From: Acidobacteriota bacterium
Lineage (GTDB): Bacteria; Acidobacteriota; UBA890; WLXD01
Length of the DNA: 64,000 bases
Reading direction: 5' to 3'
NCBI GenBank assembly: GCA_965248695.1
Contig: CBDFKD010000002.1
Coordinates: 4,384,001-4,448,000 of the forward strand
Under the pieces are notes generated by a model. That model was not told where the DNA came from. It did no database searches and worked only from the letters and a program-made list of their open reading frames with translations. The stretch's first letter is position 1, and every line of letters begins with the position of its first letter. Of this stretch, positions 19,300-35,579 are shown one piece after another. The translations under genes were made by a program, and so were the position numbers.

Positions 19300-22122
19300 A
19301 TGGGGGTTGAAGCCACGACAGGCACGCCCGCGGCGGCGGCAGCAAGGGAGCCGATCGTCGTTCTTGGCGCGCGGGTCCACAATCTGCAGAACGTCGATGT
19401 CGAGATCCCGGCAGGCTGCCTGGTTGTCATCACCGGTGTGTCGGGCTCCGGTAAGTCGAGCCTCGCCTTCGACACGATCTACGCCGAAGGCCAGCGCCGC
19501 TACGTGGAGTCGCTGTCGGCCTACGCTCGGCAGTTCCTCGCGCGGGTGGACAAGCCGCTGGTGGATGACGTTCGTGGAGTGTGTCCGGCGATCGCCATCC
19601 AGCAACGGGTGCCGCCGCGCAACTCCCGCTCGACCGTCGGGACAGTGACCGAGATCCAGGATTACCTGCGGCTGCTTTTCGCCCGCGCCGGTACGACCAT
19701 TTGCCCTAGTTGCGGTGATGCCGTACGCGCCGACGCGCCAGGCGAAGTTGCCGAGCGTCTGCTGCGGGAGAATCCGGAGGTCGCGGCGGTGATCGCTTAC
19801 CCGCAGCCGATTCCGTCAGACGAGGCGCCTCGCCTCGAGCTACTCAAGCGCCTACTCAAATCGGGCTTCCGCCGACTGCTGATCGGCGGTGCCGTGCGAG
19901 AGCTGGTGCCCAGTGAGCTCGAGGACCTCGCCGTGAACCTGGGAAACGAGGAGATTGACGTCATCGTCGACCGTTTGAGCCTGCGCCCGCCGGCGCACGA
20001 GAGGCTGCTCGACTCGGTAGGGGTTGCCTTTCGGGAGGGAGGGGGCCGCGCGCGCGCCTGGATCGAGGGTGACGCCGGACTCCAGCCACGCTACTTCGAC
20101 GATCGTCATCGATGCGCCGACTGCGACCGCGATTTCCTGCGGCCGGAACCGCGGCTGTTCTCGTTCAACAATCCCTACGGCGCCTGTCCCGAATGCAAGG
20201 GGTTCGGGAGCATCATCGAGATCGATCTCGACAAAGTGTTCCCCGATCGCCGGCGTAGCCTCGCGGACGGAGCGGTGGAGCCGTGGAACAAAGACAGCAG
20301 GCATCGGGTTCGCAGCTCGATGCGCGCCTTCGCCGAGGCCAACGGAATCCCACTGGACGTGCCCTGGGGTGATCTCGAGGCGGAGCAACGCGAGGCCATA
20401 CTCGACGGCGGGGGAGGTTTCGTCGGCGTGCACGGGTTCTTCGCCGGGCTACGCAAGAAGCAACATAAGCTCCACGTTCGCGTGTTGCTGGCGCGCTACC
20501 GCGGGTACGTCGACTGCCCCGCTTGTCACGGCACGCGGCTGCGCGTCGACGCGCACGCAGTCCAGGTTGGCCGGCGCACCCTGCCAGAGGTCTCGTGCAT
20601 GAGCATCGGCGAGATCGCCGCTTTCTTCGACGAGCTCGAGTTGCCAGTTCAAGCGGCGGTGGTCGTGGACCAGGTGCTGCGAGAGATCCGCGCGCGACTG
20701 CAGTACTTGATAGAGGTCGGCCTCGACTACGTCACGCTCGATCGGCTCACCGGAACGCTCTCGGGTGGCGAGGCGCAGCGCATCAGCCTGGCCACGTGTC
20801 TCGGCTCGATGCTCGTCGGCTCGATGTACGTGCTCGACGAGCCCAGCGTCGGGCTTCACCCGCGTGACAACGAGCGCTTGATCTCGATCCTCGAGAGGCT
20901 GCGAGATCTCGGCAACACCGTACTGGTGGTCGAGCACGACAGACAGATGATCGAGGGTGCCGATCACCTGATCGACATGGGTCCCGGAGCCGGGGTTCTC
21001 GGTGGCCGGGTGATTTTCGCCGGTGACCCCGACAAGATCGTCAGCGCCAGCGAATCGGTCACCGCGGCCTACATATCAGGTCGTTGTCGCGTCCCGATGC
21101 CGGCCCTGCGGCGGCCGCCGATGCACCATCTACGGGTTATCGGAGCACGCCAGCACAACCTGAAGAATATCGATGTCTCGTTCCCGCTCGGTGTTCTGTG
21201 CTGCGTGACCGGAGTCTCGGGATCAGGCAAGAGCACGCTCATTCACGACATACTCCACGCCGGCCTGCTTCGGCGCTTGGGGGAGTGGAACGGAGCAGTC
21301 GGTGATCATGACGACATCGAAGGCGCCGGCCTCATCCGCCAGGCGGTGCTCGTCGACCAGGCGCCGATCGGGCGTAGCGCGCGATCGAACCCGGTGACCT
21401 ACGTAAAGGCGTTCGACCCCATCCGCAAGCGCTTCGCGGGTACGCGCGAGGCTCGTGCCCGCGGATACGGCCCCGGGCACTTCTCGTTCAACGTCGCCGG
21501 TGGACGCTGTGAAGCGTGCGAGGGCGCTGGACAGATTCTCGTCGAGATGCAGTTCCTGCCCGACGTCAACTTGCCGTGCGAGGAGTGTGGCGGCACGCGC
21601 TTCAGGCGCGAGACGCTCGATATTCGGGTTCGCGGCAAGAACATTCACGACGTTCTCGAGCTCACCGTCGGGGAGGCGCGGCGGTTCTTCGCCGACTTGC
21701 CGAAGGCCGAGGCGCGGCTCAAGGCGCTGGAAGACGTGGGGCTCGGCTACCTGCGCCTCGGACAGCCGTCGAGCACGCTGTCGGGGGGCGAGGCACAGCG
21801 CGTCAAGCTTGCGTCGCACCTCCTCCAGGGGGGCGGCAAGGGGATGTTGTACCTGTTTGATGAGCCCACCACGGGGTTGCACTTCGATGACATCGCCAAG
21901 TTACTGTTCGCGCTGAATCGACTGATTGACACCGGCGCATCGGCCATCGTGATCGAGCACAACCTCGATCTCGTCAAGGCCGCAGACTGGGTCGTCGATC
22001 TGGGACCCGAGGGCGGCGATGGCGGCGGCTTCCTGGTCGCGGAGGGTACCCCCGAGGAAGTGGCGTTGTGCGATGGATCGCATACGGCTCGTTACCTGCG
22101 CGACGTCGTTGATGATGAGTAG
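19300..22122 (+). CDS. uvrA: Excinuclease ABC subunit A
   Basis: Two GVSGSGKS Walker A motifs, two LSGGEAQR signatures, [10 protein letters not shown] and other zinc fingers. Confidence 0.96.
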   Translation: MGVEATTGTPAAAAAREPIVVLGARVHNLQNVDVEIPAGCLVVITGVSGSGKSSLAFDTIYAEGQRRYVESLSAYARQFLARVDKPLVDDVRGVCPAIAIQQRVPPRNSRSTVGTVTEIQDYLRLLFARAGTTICPSCGDAVRADAPGEVAERLLRENPEVAAVIAYPQPIPSDEAPRLELLKRLLKSGFRRLLIGGAVRELVPSELEDLAVNLGNEEIDVIVDRLSLRPPAHERLLDSVGVAFREGGGRARAWIEGDAGLQPRYFDDRHRCADCDRDFLRPEPRLFSFNNPYGACPECKGFGSIIEIDLDKVFPDRRRSLADGAVEPWNKDSRHRVRSSMRAFAEANGIPLDVPWGDLEAEQREAILDGGGGFVGVHGFFAGLRKKQHKLHVRVLLARYRGYVDCPACHGTRLRVDAHAVQVGRRTLPEVSCMSIGEIAAFFDELELPVQAAVVVDQVLREIRARLQYLIEVGLDYVTLDRLTGTLSGGEAQRISLATCLGSMLVGSMYVLDEPSVGLHPRDNERLISILERLRDLGNTVLVVEHDRQMIEGADHLIDMGPGAGVLGGRVIFAGDPDKIVSASESVTAAYISGRCRVPMPALRRPPMHHLRVIGARQHNLKNIDVSFPLGVLCCVTGVSGSGKSTLIHDILHAGLLRRLGEWNGAVGDHDDIEGAGLIRQAVLVDQAPIGRSARSNPVTYVKAFDPIRKRFAGTREARARGYGPGHFSFNVAGGRCEACEGAGQILVEMQFLPDVNLPCEECGGTRFRRETLDIRVRGKNIHDVLELTVGEARRFFADLPKAEARLKALEDVGLGYLRLGQPSSTLSGGEAQRVKLASHLLQGGGKGMLYLFDEPTTGLHFDDIAKLLFALNRLIDTGASAIVIEHNLDLVKAADWVVDLGPEGGDGGGFLVAEGTPEEVALCDGSHTARYLRDVVDDE

Positions 22123-23173
22123 CAGCCCGCTGGCGACCGACGCGCCGATCGATCTGCGCAGCGACACGGTGACGCGACCCACCGAGGCGATGCGACGTGC
22201 GATGGCGACCGCCGAGGTCGGTGATGACGTATACGGCGAGGATCCCACCGTCGAGCGCTTGCAGGACGTCGGCGCGGACTTACTCGGCAAGCCCGCAGCG
22301 CTGTTCATGCCGACCGGCATGATGGCCAACCAGGTGGCGCTGCACCTGCAGGCGCGGCCGGGCGACGAGGTGCTGATCGAGGCCTCCGGACATGGACACG
22401 ACTGGGAGCTTGGTGCGGCGGCAGTGCTCTCCGGCTTGCAGATGCGCCCTGTCCTCGGCGACGCCGGCGTGCTGCTTCCAAGCCACGTCGAGCCCTATCT
22501 GCGCTCCCGCCCTTACTACCAATCGCGCCCGACGATGATCGTGCTGGAGAACACCCACAACATGGCGGGCGGGCGGATATACCCACTCGAGGTGGCCCGC
22601 GAGGTCGTGGCCACGTGTCGAGACGAAGGACTCCGGGCACATCTCGACGGGGCGCGACTGTTCAATGCTGCGGTGGCGAGCGGGCGATCGGCCGCGGTGC
22701 TTGCGGCCGAATTCGATTCGGTGATGGTGTCGCTCTCCAAGGGACTGTCGGCGCCTGCGGGCGCGCTGCTGGCCGGAGGTGCCGATTTGATTCGCGAGGC
22801 GCGGCGAGTGCGCAAGATGTTCGGCGGCGGCATGCGGCAGATCGGAGTGCTGGCAGCGCCTGCGCTTGTGGCGCTGGAGGGTGGAATCGACCGGCTGGCC
22901 GAGGATCACGCCAATGCCCGTCGCTTGGCGGACGGGCTATTGGCGACGGGACGCGTCGCGCTGACGTTCGGTCACGTCGATACCAACATCGTGGTCTTCG
23001 ATGTCGACGGCCTGAGCGCGCAGAGCTTCTGCGACCGGGCAGTGGACAGGAGAGTGCTCTGCGCGCCCACCGCGGCCGGGCAGGTTCGGCTGGTCATCCA
23101 CCGCCATATCACCGCGCCGGTCGTCGACGAGGCGCTTGCGCGACTTGCGCCGCTCGTCGACGGCGCCAGTTAG
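22112..23173 (+). CDS. ltaE: Low-specificity L-threonine aldolase
   Basis: DLRSDTVT, GDDVYGEDP, ENTHN, HLDGARLFNA, SLSKGL (PLP lysine). Confidence 0.92.
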   Translation: MMSSSPLATDAPIDLRSDTVTRPTEAMRRAMATAEVGDDVYGEDPTVERLQDVGADLLGKPAALFMPTGMMANQVALHLQARPGDEVLIEASGHGHDWELGAAAVLSGLQMRPVLGDAGVLLPSHVEPYLRSRPYYQSRPTMIVLENTHNMAGGRIYPLEVAREVVATCRDEGLRAHLDGARLFNAAVASGRSAAVLAAEFDSVMVSLSKGLSAPAGALLAGGADLIREARRVRKMFGGGMRQIGVLAAPALVALEGGIDRLAEDHANARRLADGLLATGRVALTFGHVDTNIVVFDVDGLSAQSFCDRAVDRRVLCAPTAAGQVRLVIHRHITAPVVDEALARLAPLVDGAS

Positions 23174-24426
23174 CCGCCCGGCGGGAAGTCGGCGACTTGA
23201 TCCATGTAGCCGCGGAAGTTGCGCAACGTCTCCCGCAGGCTGTCGCCGCCGAACTTCTCCACACACGCGTCTGCCAATACGAGTGCGGTCATCGCCTCGC
23301 CTACCACCGCTGCGGCGGGAACTGCGCAGGTATCCGAGCGCTGAACGACAGCGTTGACCGCCTCGCCGCTGTCGATATCGACCGACGGCAGCGGCTGGCG
23401 TAGTGTCGACAACGGTTTCATGTAGACCGTCACGCGTAGCTCATCGCCGTATGTCATGCCGCCTTCGGTGCCGCCGGCGCGGTTGGTCGGGCGGCCCCAG
23501 GCGTCGTCTGGCGAGCGTACGATCGCGTCGTGCGCCTTCGAGCCGGGCTGTGCGGCGCACCAGATGGCCGGCCCGATCTCGACCGCTTTCTGTGCCTGGA
23601 TCGACAGCAACGCCTGACCGAGCCGTGCCTCGAGCCGCCGGTCCCACTGGATGTGGCTCCCGAGCCCCGGCGGCAATCCCGTGCCGATCACCTCGAACGC
23701 GCCGCCCAGCGTTTCGAGGTCGTCATGGGCGGCGTCGATCGCCGCGATCATGGCGGCCTCGACGTCGGCATCAGCGCACCGCACCGGCGAGGCGTCGGCT
23801 CGCTCACGAACCGTCGCCACGGACACCGGTAGAGTACCGTCCGCGAACGCAGCGCCGCCGATCCGGGTGACGTGGCTCGCAATCTCGATGCCGAGGTGCG
23901 CCAGGAACTGCTTGCACAGTCCACCAGCCGCCACGCGCACAGCGGTTTCGCGTGCGCTGGCACGCTCCAGGATGTCGCGCAGGTCGGCACGGTCATACTT
24001 CAGTCCGCCGGCGAGGTCGGCATGCCCCGGCCGCGGTCGCGTGATGCGGCGGATATCGACAGCGGAGGGTCGATTGCCGCTCTCGGCGACGCCGGCCGAT
24101 GCTGGTTCCGTGCCCTCGGAACCGACCGAGTCGGGGGCCTCGACAGCCATCACCGTCTCCCAGTTGATCCAATCGCGGTTCTCGATCAGCCACGCGATCG
24201 GGCTGCCGAGGGTCTCGCCGAGCCGTACTCCGCCCACGATTCGGGCTGTGTCAGCCTCGATCTTCATGCGCTTGCCGCGTCCATGCCCCCCCATCCGGCG
24301 GCGCAGGTCGGCATTCAGCGCGTCCATATTGATGGGAACGCCGGCCGGAAGGCCTTCGAGCAGGCCGACCAGCATCGGTCCGTGAGATTCCCCGGCGCTG
24401 AGAAAGCGCAGACAGCGCAGCGACAC
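23170..24426 (-). CDS. aroC: Chorismate synthase
   Basis: AGESHG, RPGHAD, ERASARET, GGTEGG, RSDTCAVP. Confidence 0.96.
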   Translation of the reverse strand: MSLRCLRFLSAGESHGPMLVGLLEGLPAGVPINMDALNADLRRRMGGHGRGKRMKIEADTARIVGGVRLGETLGSPIAWLIENRDWINWETVMAVEAPDSVGSEGTEPASAGVAESGNRPSAVDIRRITRPRPGHADLAGGLKYDRADLRDILERASARETAVRVAAGGLCKQFLAHLGIEIASHVTRIGGAAFADGTLPVSVATVRERADASPVRCADADVEAAMIAAIDAAHDDLETLGGAFEVIGTGLPPGLGSHIQWDRRLEARLGQALLSIQAQKAVEIGPAIWCAAQPGSKAHDAIVRSPDDAWGRPTNRAGGTEGGMTYGDELRVTVYMKPLSTLRQPLPSVDIDSGEAVNAVVQRSDTCAVPAAAVVGEAMTALVLADACVEKFGGDSLRETLRNFRGYMDQVADFPPGG

Positions 24427-24608
24427 GAGTGTCCCCTGGTTAGAGAGTAGGTTTCAGCGTACGACGACGAGTTTATGTCGTGGAGGATGGCGCTGCGGTC
24501 CGAATCATGCCCGGGGTACCGCTGGCAGTACCGACAACGAAGCCCGGGCCTGAGATACTTGCCGCCTACCGACTGACCATTGCTGCTTGGACCGAGCGCG
24601 CTATCGTC

Positions 24609-26174
24609 ATGATCAAGGTTCTGGACGCCGCCGCCATGCAGGCCTGCGATCGCGCCGCGATCGATGACTACGGCATCGCGGGCGATCTGCTGATGGAGAA
24701 CGCCGGGCTCCAGGTGGTCGAGGCGCTGGCGGATCACTTCGACGATCAGCCTCCCGCGACCGTGGCAGTGCTCTGTGGCCGGGGCAACAACGGCGGCGAC
24801 GGTTTTGTCGTGGCGCGCCACCTCCACAACATGGGCACCATGGTCGCGGTCTATCTCTTTGGCCCGGCGTCGGCGCTGCGCGATGCTGCCGCGAGCAACC
24901 ACCGTGTCGCCACGGCGGTCGGCGTGCCGGTGACCGAGGTGCTCGACGAGGAGGCGTGGGCACGGTTGGCGGCCGATCTGGCCGATGTTGACTGCATCGT
25001 CGATGCAATGCTGGGAACAGGGCTCGATAGCGCTGCCCGGGGCGTCATCGCGGCAGCGATCGAGAGCGTCAATGACGCCGATGTCCCCGTCGTTGCGGTG
25101 GATGTGCCGAGTGGCCTGTCGGCCGATTCCGCAGCCATCCCGGGCGCGGTGGTCGAGGCGGTCTTGACGGTCGCGTTCGCAGCTCCGAAGGTCTGTCACG
25201 TTCTGACGCCGGCGCGCGAGACGTGTGGAGATGTGGTGGTAGCGGACATCGGCCTGCCCGAGCCGCTTCTCGAGGCGGCGGTGCCCTCGTTGTGGCTGCC
25301 GACACCAGAGGACTGTGCGGCCGGATTGCCTCTCCGCTGGTCCGACAGCCACAAAGGCGACTACGGGCGTGTCGTCGTTATTGGCGGCGCTCCTGGCACC
25401 GCTGGCGCCGCGGTGCTCGCGGCTCGCGGGGCATTGCGGGGTGGGGGAGGTCTGGTGCACGTGTTGTGCCCCGAGACCGCCTATCTACCGATCGCCTGTC
25501 AGTTGGTCGAGGCCCTGGTGCATCCTGTTCCCGCCGGTGACGGTGGTGGCCTGAGCGCGGAAGCGGACGAGGCGGCGGGTGAGGTGCTGGCGGCAGCGAA
25601 CGCGGTGGCGATCGGCCCGGGCGTCGGGACCTCGCCGGAGACCGTCGCGCTCGTACGACGGCTGGCGGTGGATTGCACCAAACCCATGGTGATCGACGCT
25701 GACGGCCTCAACGCGCTCGTCGGCGTTGCCGAAGGGCTGCGGGAGGCAGCGGCGCCGCGTGTTCTGACACCCCACCCCGGAGAGGCGGCGCGACTTCTCG
25801 GAGTTGACGTGCCGGCGGTGCAGGCTGACCGCGTCGCCGCCGCCACCGAGCTGGCGGAGAAGACGCGCGCGGTGGTTCTGTTGAAAGGGCACGACTCCCT
25901 CACGGTGGACCCCGGGTGTGCGCCGGTGGTCAACATGACCGGCAATCCGGGGATGGCCACCGGCGGTACAGGCGATGTCCTGACCGGCTTGATCGCTGCC
26001 CTCATTGCGCAGGGGTTGCGGCCCTGTCCGGCTGCCTGGACCGGGGCCTGGCTACATGGCCTGGCGGGCGATCTGGCGGCGGCGCGCGTCGGTCAGATCG
26101 GCTGCCTGGCGACGGATCTCGCCGATGAGCTGCCGCGGGCGTTTGCGGCCGTGGAACCGGAGGAGGAGTCTTGA
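24609..26174 (+). CDS. nnr: Bifunctional NAD(P)H-hydrate epimerase/dehydratase
   Basis: LMENAG, GRGNNGGDG, DAMLGTG, DVPSG, HKGDYG, DADGLN, LTPHPGE, GGTGDVLTG. Confidence 0.95.
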   Translation: MIKVLDAAAMQACDRAAIDDYGIAGDLLMENAGLQVVEALADHFDDQPPATVAVLCGRGNNGGDGFVVARHLHNMGTMVAVYLFGPASALRDAAASNHRVATAVGVPVTEVLDEEAWARLAADLADVDCIVDAMLGTGLDSAARGVIAAAIESVNDADVPVVAVDVPSGLSADSAAIPGAVVEAVLTVAFAAPKVCHVLTPARETCGDVVVADIGLPEPLLEAAVPSLWLPTPEDCAAGLPLRWSDSHKGDYGRVVVIGGAPGTAGAAVLAARGALRGGGGLVHVLCPETAYLPIACQLVEALVHPVPAGDGGGLSAEADEAAGEVLAAANAVAIGPGVGTSPETVALVRRLAVDCTKPMVIDADGLNALVGVAEGLREAAAPRVLTPHPGEAARLLGVDVPAVQADRVAAATELAEKTRAVVLLKGHDSLTVDPGCAPVVNMTGNPGMATGGTGDVLTGLIAALIAQGLRPCPAAWTGAWLHGLAGDLAAARVGQIGCLATDLADELPRAFAAVEPEEES

Positions 26175-26620
26175 GCCGCGCTCGCGACTACATCACGAAC
26201 AGCGTCGAGGAGACCGAGCGCGTTGGCGCCGGGCTCGGGCGTCGACTGCGCGGCGGCGAGGTGATTCTGATCTTCGGGCCGTTGGGGGCGGGCAAGACAC
26301 AGTTGGTGCGCGGTATCGCTGCCGGCCTCGGACTCGACCCGAGCCAAGTGTCGAGCCCGTCGTATGCCCTGATCAACGAGTACCCCGGGCGGTGTACGCT
26401 CTACCATGTCGACTTATACCGGCTGAGCACGGCGGATCTTCCGGACCTGGGTCTCGAGGATCTCTACGGGCGGGGCTGCGTGGTGGCAATCGAGTGGGCC
26501 GAGCGCCTCGAGGAGGCGGGATGGGATCTGGGCTCATCGATCATCGTCGAGGTCGACCACCATCCGGACCGACCGGAAGCCCGCATCATCGGCGTCGACG
26601 AGGCGGTTACAGGCAGTTAG
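26171..26620 (+). CDS. tsaE: tRNA threonylcarbamoyladenosine biosynthesis ATPase TsaE
   Basis: GPLGAGKT, SSPSYALINEY, HVDLYRL, IEWAER; follows nnr as usual. Confidence 0.95.
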   Translation: MSRARDYITNSVEETERVGAGLGRRLRGGEVILIFGPLGAGKTQLVRGIAAGLGLDPSQVSSPSYALINEYPGRCTLYHVDLYRLSTADLPDLGLEDLYGRGCVVAIEWAERLEEAGWDLGSSIIVEVDHHPDRPEARIIGVDEAVTGS

Positions 26621-26890
26621 TGGCCTGTAACAGATGATCGTTGCCTATCGCAGATGGGATTTGCGGGTGAGATCAAGGCGCGGCGACGCAGTCGATGCTA
26701 GGGGCATCATCAAGGAGCCGCAACGCCGTTATCGCCCGCAACTGCCCATCTGTCCAGAGGATGGCGGCGAACTGGGCCGCCTGCGGCGTTGCTCCTCCTT
26801 GAAAATGGGCGAACATTGTCTCGTCGGACCGCCTGGCATCCGGGCCCATTTCGTCACCACGATAGGCAACGATCATCTGTTACAGGCCAC
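26620..26890. mobile_element. 271-bp MITE with perfect 31-bp terminal inverted repeats and a TTA target duplication
   Basis: GTGGCCTGTAACAGATGATCGTTGCCTATCG (26620-26650) and its exact reverse complement (26860-26890); TTA at 26617-26619 and 26891-26893; no credible CDS inside. Confidence 0.85.
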
Positions 26891-26921
26891 TTAGCGCCCG
26901 TTGCGGGCCACAAAACGTCGG

Positions 26922-31978
<5,057 letters not shown>

Positions 31979-32092
31979 CGCGCGCTGCGGAAGAGGAAGG
32001 GGCGCGGAGAACGGCTCTCGGAGGTAGGCGGTGCCGAGCCGTGCGCCAGTCGAGCTCATCGTAGCAGGCTGGTGAAGGGCGGTAAAACGAGC

Positions 32093-32271
32093 TCAGTGGC
32101 CGTTCGAGCGCAGGGCCTCGGTTAACACCGGGTAGAACTGCACGAAGACGTTGTCGACGGCGCCGTGTTCAGCGTGGCACGAGGCGCTCCTACGACCAGG
32201 GCCGCGGCTATCGCGCCGACGATGGCAGTCGTGCGCCAGCGTGTGGAACGCATCCGGCGAGGTGCGTCCAT
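32093..32271 (-). pseudogene. Internally deleted cytochrome P460-family gene remnant
   Basis: ATG coupled to the permease stop (TGATG) encodes a signal-like [29 protein letters not shown]; another frame then reads ASCHAEHGAVDNVFVQFYPVLTEALRSNGH*. Confidence 0.6.
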
Positions 32272-34928
32272 CAGTCCTGCCGCAATGCGATCACCGGATC
32301 TACCGCCACCGCCCGGCGCGCCGGGATCACGATAGCCACGAGCGCGGCCGTCGTCAGTGCCACCAGCACGACGACAAACGTCATCGGATCGCTCGGTTGG
32401 ATCTCGAACAGCAGTTCCTCGAGCACCCGTCCGAACGCGAACGAGCCCGCGATTCCCACTGCCAGCCCGACGACCACCTGCACCATTCCCTGGCGGACGA
32501 CCATGGTGAGAATGCTCTGTCGTTGCGCCCCGAGTGCCATTCGCAGTCCCATCTCGCGTGTTCGCTGGGTTATGGAGAATGCCATGACGCCGGCGATGCC
32601 TGTCACCGTGACGATGAGTGCGAGCAGCGCGAAGATGCCCAGGAGCGACGCGGTCAGCCGCGGCGACGCCACCGCGTCGGCACGCAGGATCGCCATCGGT
32701 TGCAGATCGCTGATCGGGTTGGCACCCAGCGCGTAAGCCGCATCCTTGACACCCTGGGCCGCGCTCGCGGGGTCGCCCACCGTACGGATCATCAGCCAGG
32801 TCGGCATCCCCGCTTGGCCGAAGGGCCGGTAGAACTCCGCCGTGACCGGTGTTTCCGGACCATAGAGTCGCGTATCGCCGACGACGCCGACGATCGTGGT
32901 CCAGCTCTCGCCCTCATCGAACGAGACGCGGGCCCCGACAGGGTCTTGGTCGCGCCAGTACTGTCGGGAGAGAGTCTGGTTGATGACCGCGACGGGGGCG
33001 GCATCAGGCTCGTCTCGACTGTCGAGGAGGCGCCCGCTCAGGAGCGGGATGTCGAGAACATCGAAGTACTCCGGCGTGACGACGTTGCGGTCCAGCTGTG
33101 GACGGGTCTTGGTTTCCTCCAGCGCGCGTCCTTCGATGATGAACTCGGCAAGATTCGGGTTCGTCTGCCGGTACGGGGGCTTCTGCGTCAGCGCCGCCGA
33201 GCGCGCTACCGGGCTCTCGCCGACCGCAATGATTAGCGCGCGCAGGTACTCGTGCCTGTCGTCCATGCCGTTGAACGCCGTCCAGTCGAGCGACACCCGG
33301 GCGGTCAAGACTTGCTCGGTTTCGAAGCCCGGATCGATCGCCTGCAAGCGCGTCAGGCTACGCAACGTCAGACCGGCGCCGACCAACAGGATGAACGACA
33401 GTGCCACTTGGGCTACGATCAGCGCCCGGCGCAGCTGCAATCCACCGGCGACCGTGGAGCGGGCGCCGTCCTTGATGGCACCGCCGAGGTCGCGAGTTCC
33501 CGGCAGCGCCGGGAAGGTGCCGAAGACAATGCCGGTGGCGAAGGAGATTGCCAGCGTGAACGCTAGCACCCAGCCGTCGATGGTCACCGTCGCGGCACGC
33601 GGCGTATAGCGGCCGGCGAATTCGATCAGCATGTCGAGCCCGACGTAGGCGAACAGCAGGCCGAGGGCGCCGCCGATCAACGCCAGCACCGTGCTCTCGG
33701 TAAGCAACTGCCGCATCAACCGACCACGGCTGGCGCCGATTGCCGCTCGCACCGCCACCTCCTGCTGGCGGCGCATGACGCGCGCCAGGCTCAAGTTGGC
33801 GACGTTGGCGCAAGCGATCAGCAACACCAGGCCGGCGGTGGCCAGCAACATGAGCAGCACCGGCCGCGCGTTCTGGGTCAGCTCTTGCTTGAGCTCGGCA
33901 ACCCCCGCGGTGAGGTCCATCTCGGCCGGATAAGCCTCTGGGAAATCCTCCTCGAAGCGCGCCGCCACGTTGGCGATCTCGGCGCCGGCTCCGTCGACGG
34001 TGGCGTCGTCGCCGAGTCTCCCGAAGACGAACAGGTTGCGGAAGGCGTTGCGGTTGCCGGCCATGTTGCGCTCGGCGTTGGCCCGGAACGGGCACGCCGA
34101 GGTCGGCATGTAGACGTCGACTTTGTTGGGGAACTGCGGAATCGGCGGCAGCACGCCGACCACCGTGTGCGGCCGCGTGTTGATCTCGTAGACCTGTCCA
34201 ACCACGTCCGGGTCGGCTCCCAGCGCGTTCTGCCAGTAGTCGTGGCTGAGGACCAGCACCGCTTCGGAATCGAGGTCATCCTCGCCGTCCAGAAACGTCC
34301 TCCCCAGCAGCGGCGTCACCCCGAGCGTGTCGAAGAAGTTGTCCGACACCACCCCCGTCTGGATTCGCTGCGGCTCACCGCGGCCGAGCAAGACGAAGAA
34401 CATCGTGTGGTACTCCACCAGCTCGTCGAAGCTGCTGGCCTGCTCACGGTAGTCGTAGAGCTCGGGAATCGATGCCTGGGTGTTGGCCACCCGGATTCCC
34501 GGCGCCGCCTGCTTCAGCAACACCAGTCGGTCACCGTGCTGGTAGGGCAGGGGACGGAGCATGACGCCATAGATGACGCTGAAGATGGCGGTGTTGGCGC
34601 CGATGCCGAGAGCCAGGGTCAGCACCGCGATGGTGGCAAAGCCCCAGTTCTTGCTCAGCGTCCGAAGGGCGTAGCGGATGTCCTGTATCAGCATGTCGAG
34701 GTGATTCCCCTTGCGCTCGTCGCGGCATTCTTCCGTGAAGCGCTGCCTAGCGCCGAAGTTGAGGCGCGCTTGCCGCCAGGCTTCGGCCTCGCTGAGCCCC
34801 TGGCGCCGGTACATGTCAGCTTCCATCTCGAGGTGGAAGGCGAGCTCGTCGTCGAGCTCGCGATCGTCGGCCGGGCGGCCGTTGCCGCGCAGCCGCTGCA
34901 ACCAGCTGTGCCGTCGTCCAGTGTCCAT
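32271..34928 (-). CDS. Acidobacterial duplicated orphan permease (ADOP; MacB/FtsX-like ABC permease)
   Basis: [12 protein letters not shown] leader domain, [62 protein letters not shown]. Confidence 0.92.
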   Translation of the reverse strand: MDTGRRHSWLQRLRGNGRPADDRELDDELAFHLEMEADMYRRQGLSEAEAWRQARLNFGARQRFTEECRDERKGNHLDMLIQDIRYALRTLSKNWGFATIAVLTLALGIGANTAIFSVIYGVMLRPLPYQHGDRLVLLKQAAPGIRVANTQASIPELYDYREQASSFDELVEYHTMFFVLLGRGEPQRIQTGVVSDNFFDTLGVTPLLGRTFLDGEDDLDSEAVLVLSHDYWQNALGADPDVVGQVYEINTRPHTVVGVLPPIPQFPNKVDVYMPTSACPFRANAERNMAGNRNAFRNLFVFGRLGDDATVDGAGAEIANVAARFEEDFPEAYPAEMDLTAGVAELKQELTQNARPVLLMLLATAGLVLLIACANVANLSLARVMRRQQEVAVRAAIGASRGRLMRQLLTESTVLALIGGALGLLFAYVGLDMLIEFAGRYTPRAATVTIDGWVLAFTLAISFATGIVFGTFPALPGTRDLGGAIKDGARSTVAGGLQLRRALIVAQVALSFILLVGAGLTLRSLTRLQAIDPGFETEQVLTARVSLDWTAFNGMDDRHEYLRALIIAVGESPVARSAALTQKPPYRQTNPNLAEFIIEGRALEETKTRPQLDRNVVTPEYFDVLDIPLLSGRLLDSRDEPDAAPVAVINQTLSRQYWRDQDPVGARVSFDEGESWTTIVGVVGDTRLYGPETPVTAEFYRPFGQAGMPTWLMIRTVGDPASAAQGVKDAAYALGANPISDLQPMAILRADAVASPRLTASLLGIFALLALIVTVTGIAGVMAFSITQRTREMGLRMALGAQRQSILTMVVRQGMVQVVVGLAVGIAGSFAFGRVLEELLFEIQPSDPMTFVVVLVALTTAALVAIVIPARRAVAVDPVIALRQD

Positions 34929-34936
34929 CGCCGGCT

Positions 34937-35269
34937 CTATACCGTTTGCAGGATGGCGCTCACAGCACGCGAGAGCCGGTCCCAGTTACGAGCCTCGTCC
35001 GCCAGCTGCTCCCGCCCCATCGCGGTCAGGCGGTAGAACTTGGCGCGCCGATTGTTCTCCGACGTACCCCACTCAGAGCCGATGAACCCCTGTCTCCGCA
35101 ATCGATGTAGCGCGGGATACAGGGATCCCTGATTGACTTGCAGAACGTCCTTGGACATCTGCTGAATGCGTTGCGAGATGCCCCAGCCGTGCTGTGGCTC
35201 CAGCTGAAGAGTCTTCAGGATGAGCATATCGAGCGTGCCCTGGAGCAGGTCGACGTTTGCTTTCGTCAT
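34937..35269 (-). CDS. Acidobacterial PadR-family transcriptional regulator
   Basis: [41 protein letters not shown]; directly upstream of the ADOP gene. Confidence 0.93.
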   Translation of the reverse strand: MTKANVDLLQGTLDMLILKTLQLEPQHGWGISQRIQQMSKDVLQVNQGSLYPALHRLRRQGFIGSEWGTSENNRRAKFYRLTAMGREQLADEARNWDRLSRAVSAILQTV

Positions 35270-35277
35270 CGGTAGGT

Positions 35278-35395
35278 CTCGGGAAGATTCTCGAGGGGAT
35301 CCGTGTCGTCGCGCGGCGGGTGGCAGGTACGGCGTGTCCGTTCCTCTAGACGCTCGACAAGAGTGTCGCAAGCTCCTGTAGATTGTCAAGGGGAG
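35278..35395. promoter_or_regulatory. Three imperfect palindromes (putative PadR operators) and a minus-strand TTGACA promoter
   Basis: CTCGGG-AAGA-TTC-TCGA-GGGGAT (35278), TTCCTC-TAGA-CGC-TCGA-CAAGAG (35341), CTCCTG-TAGA-TTG-TCAA-GGGGAG (35373). The third contains TTGACA on the minus strand. Confidence 0.55.
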
Positions 35396-35579
35396 CCGCC
35401 GCCGAGCAGGCGCCTCCCGCTGGCACCGCGCCACAACCCCGCGGGCCCCAGGCCGTGTATTGGGGGCGCGTTCGGCCTCTGCTACGATTCAGCGCGGTTC
35501 GTGGTGTCCGGCGCCGGTGTGAAACTTGATCGTCGCCGCTGTATCTGACGACGGTGTCCGTCGACCACGTGTGCTCTGG

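Noticed and set aside
26620-26890. CRISPR array or small CDSs within the repeat element
   Set aside because: Repeats are inverted and terminal, not direct with spacers; the internal ORFs are short and featureless. No CRISPR array or cas gene was seen anywhere in the window.
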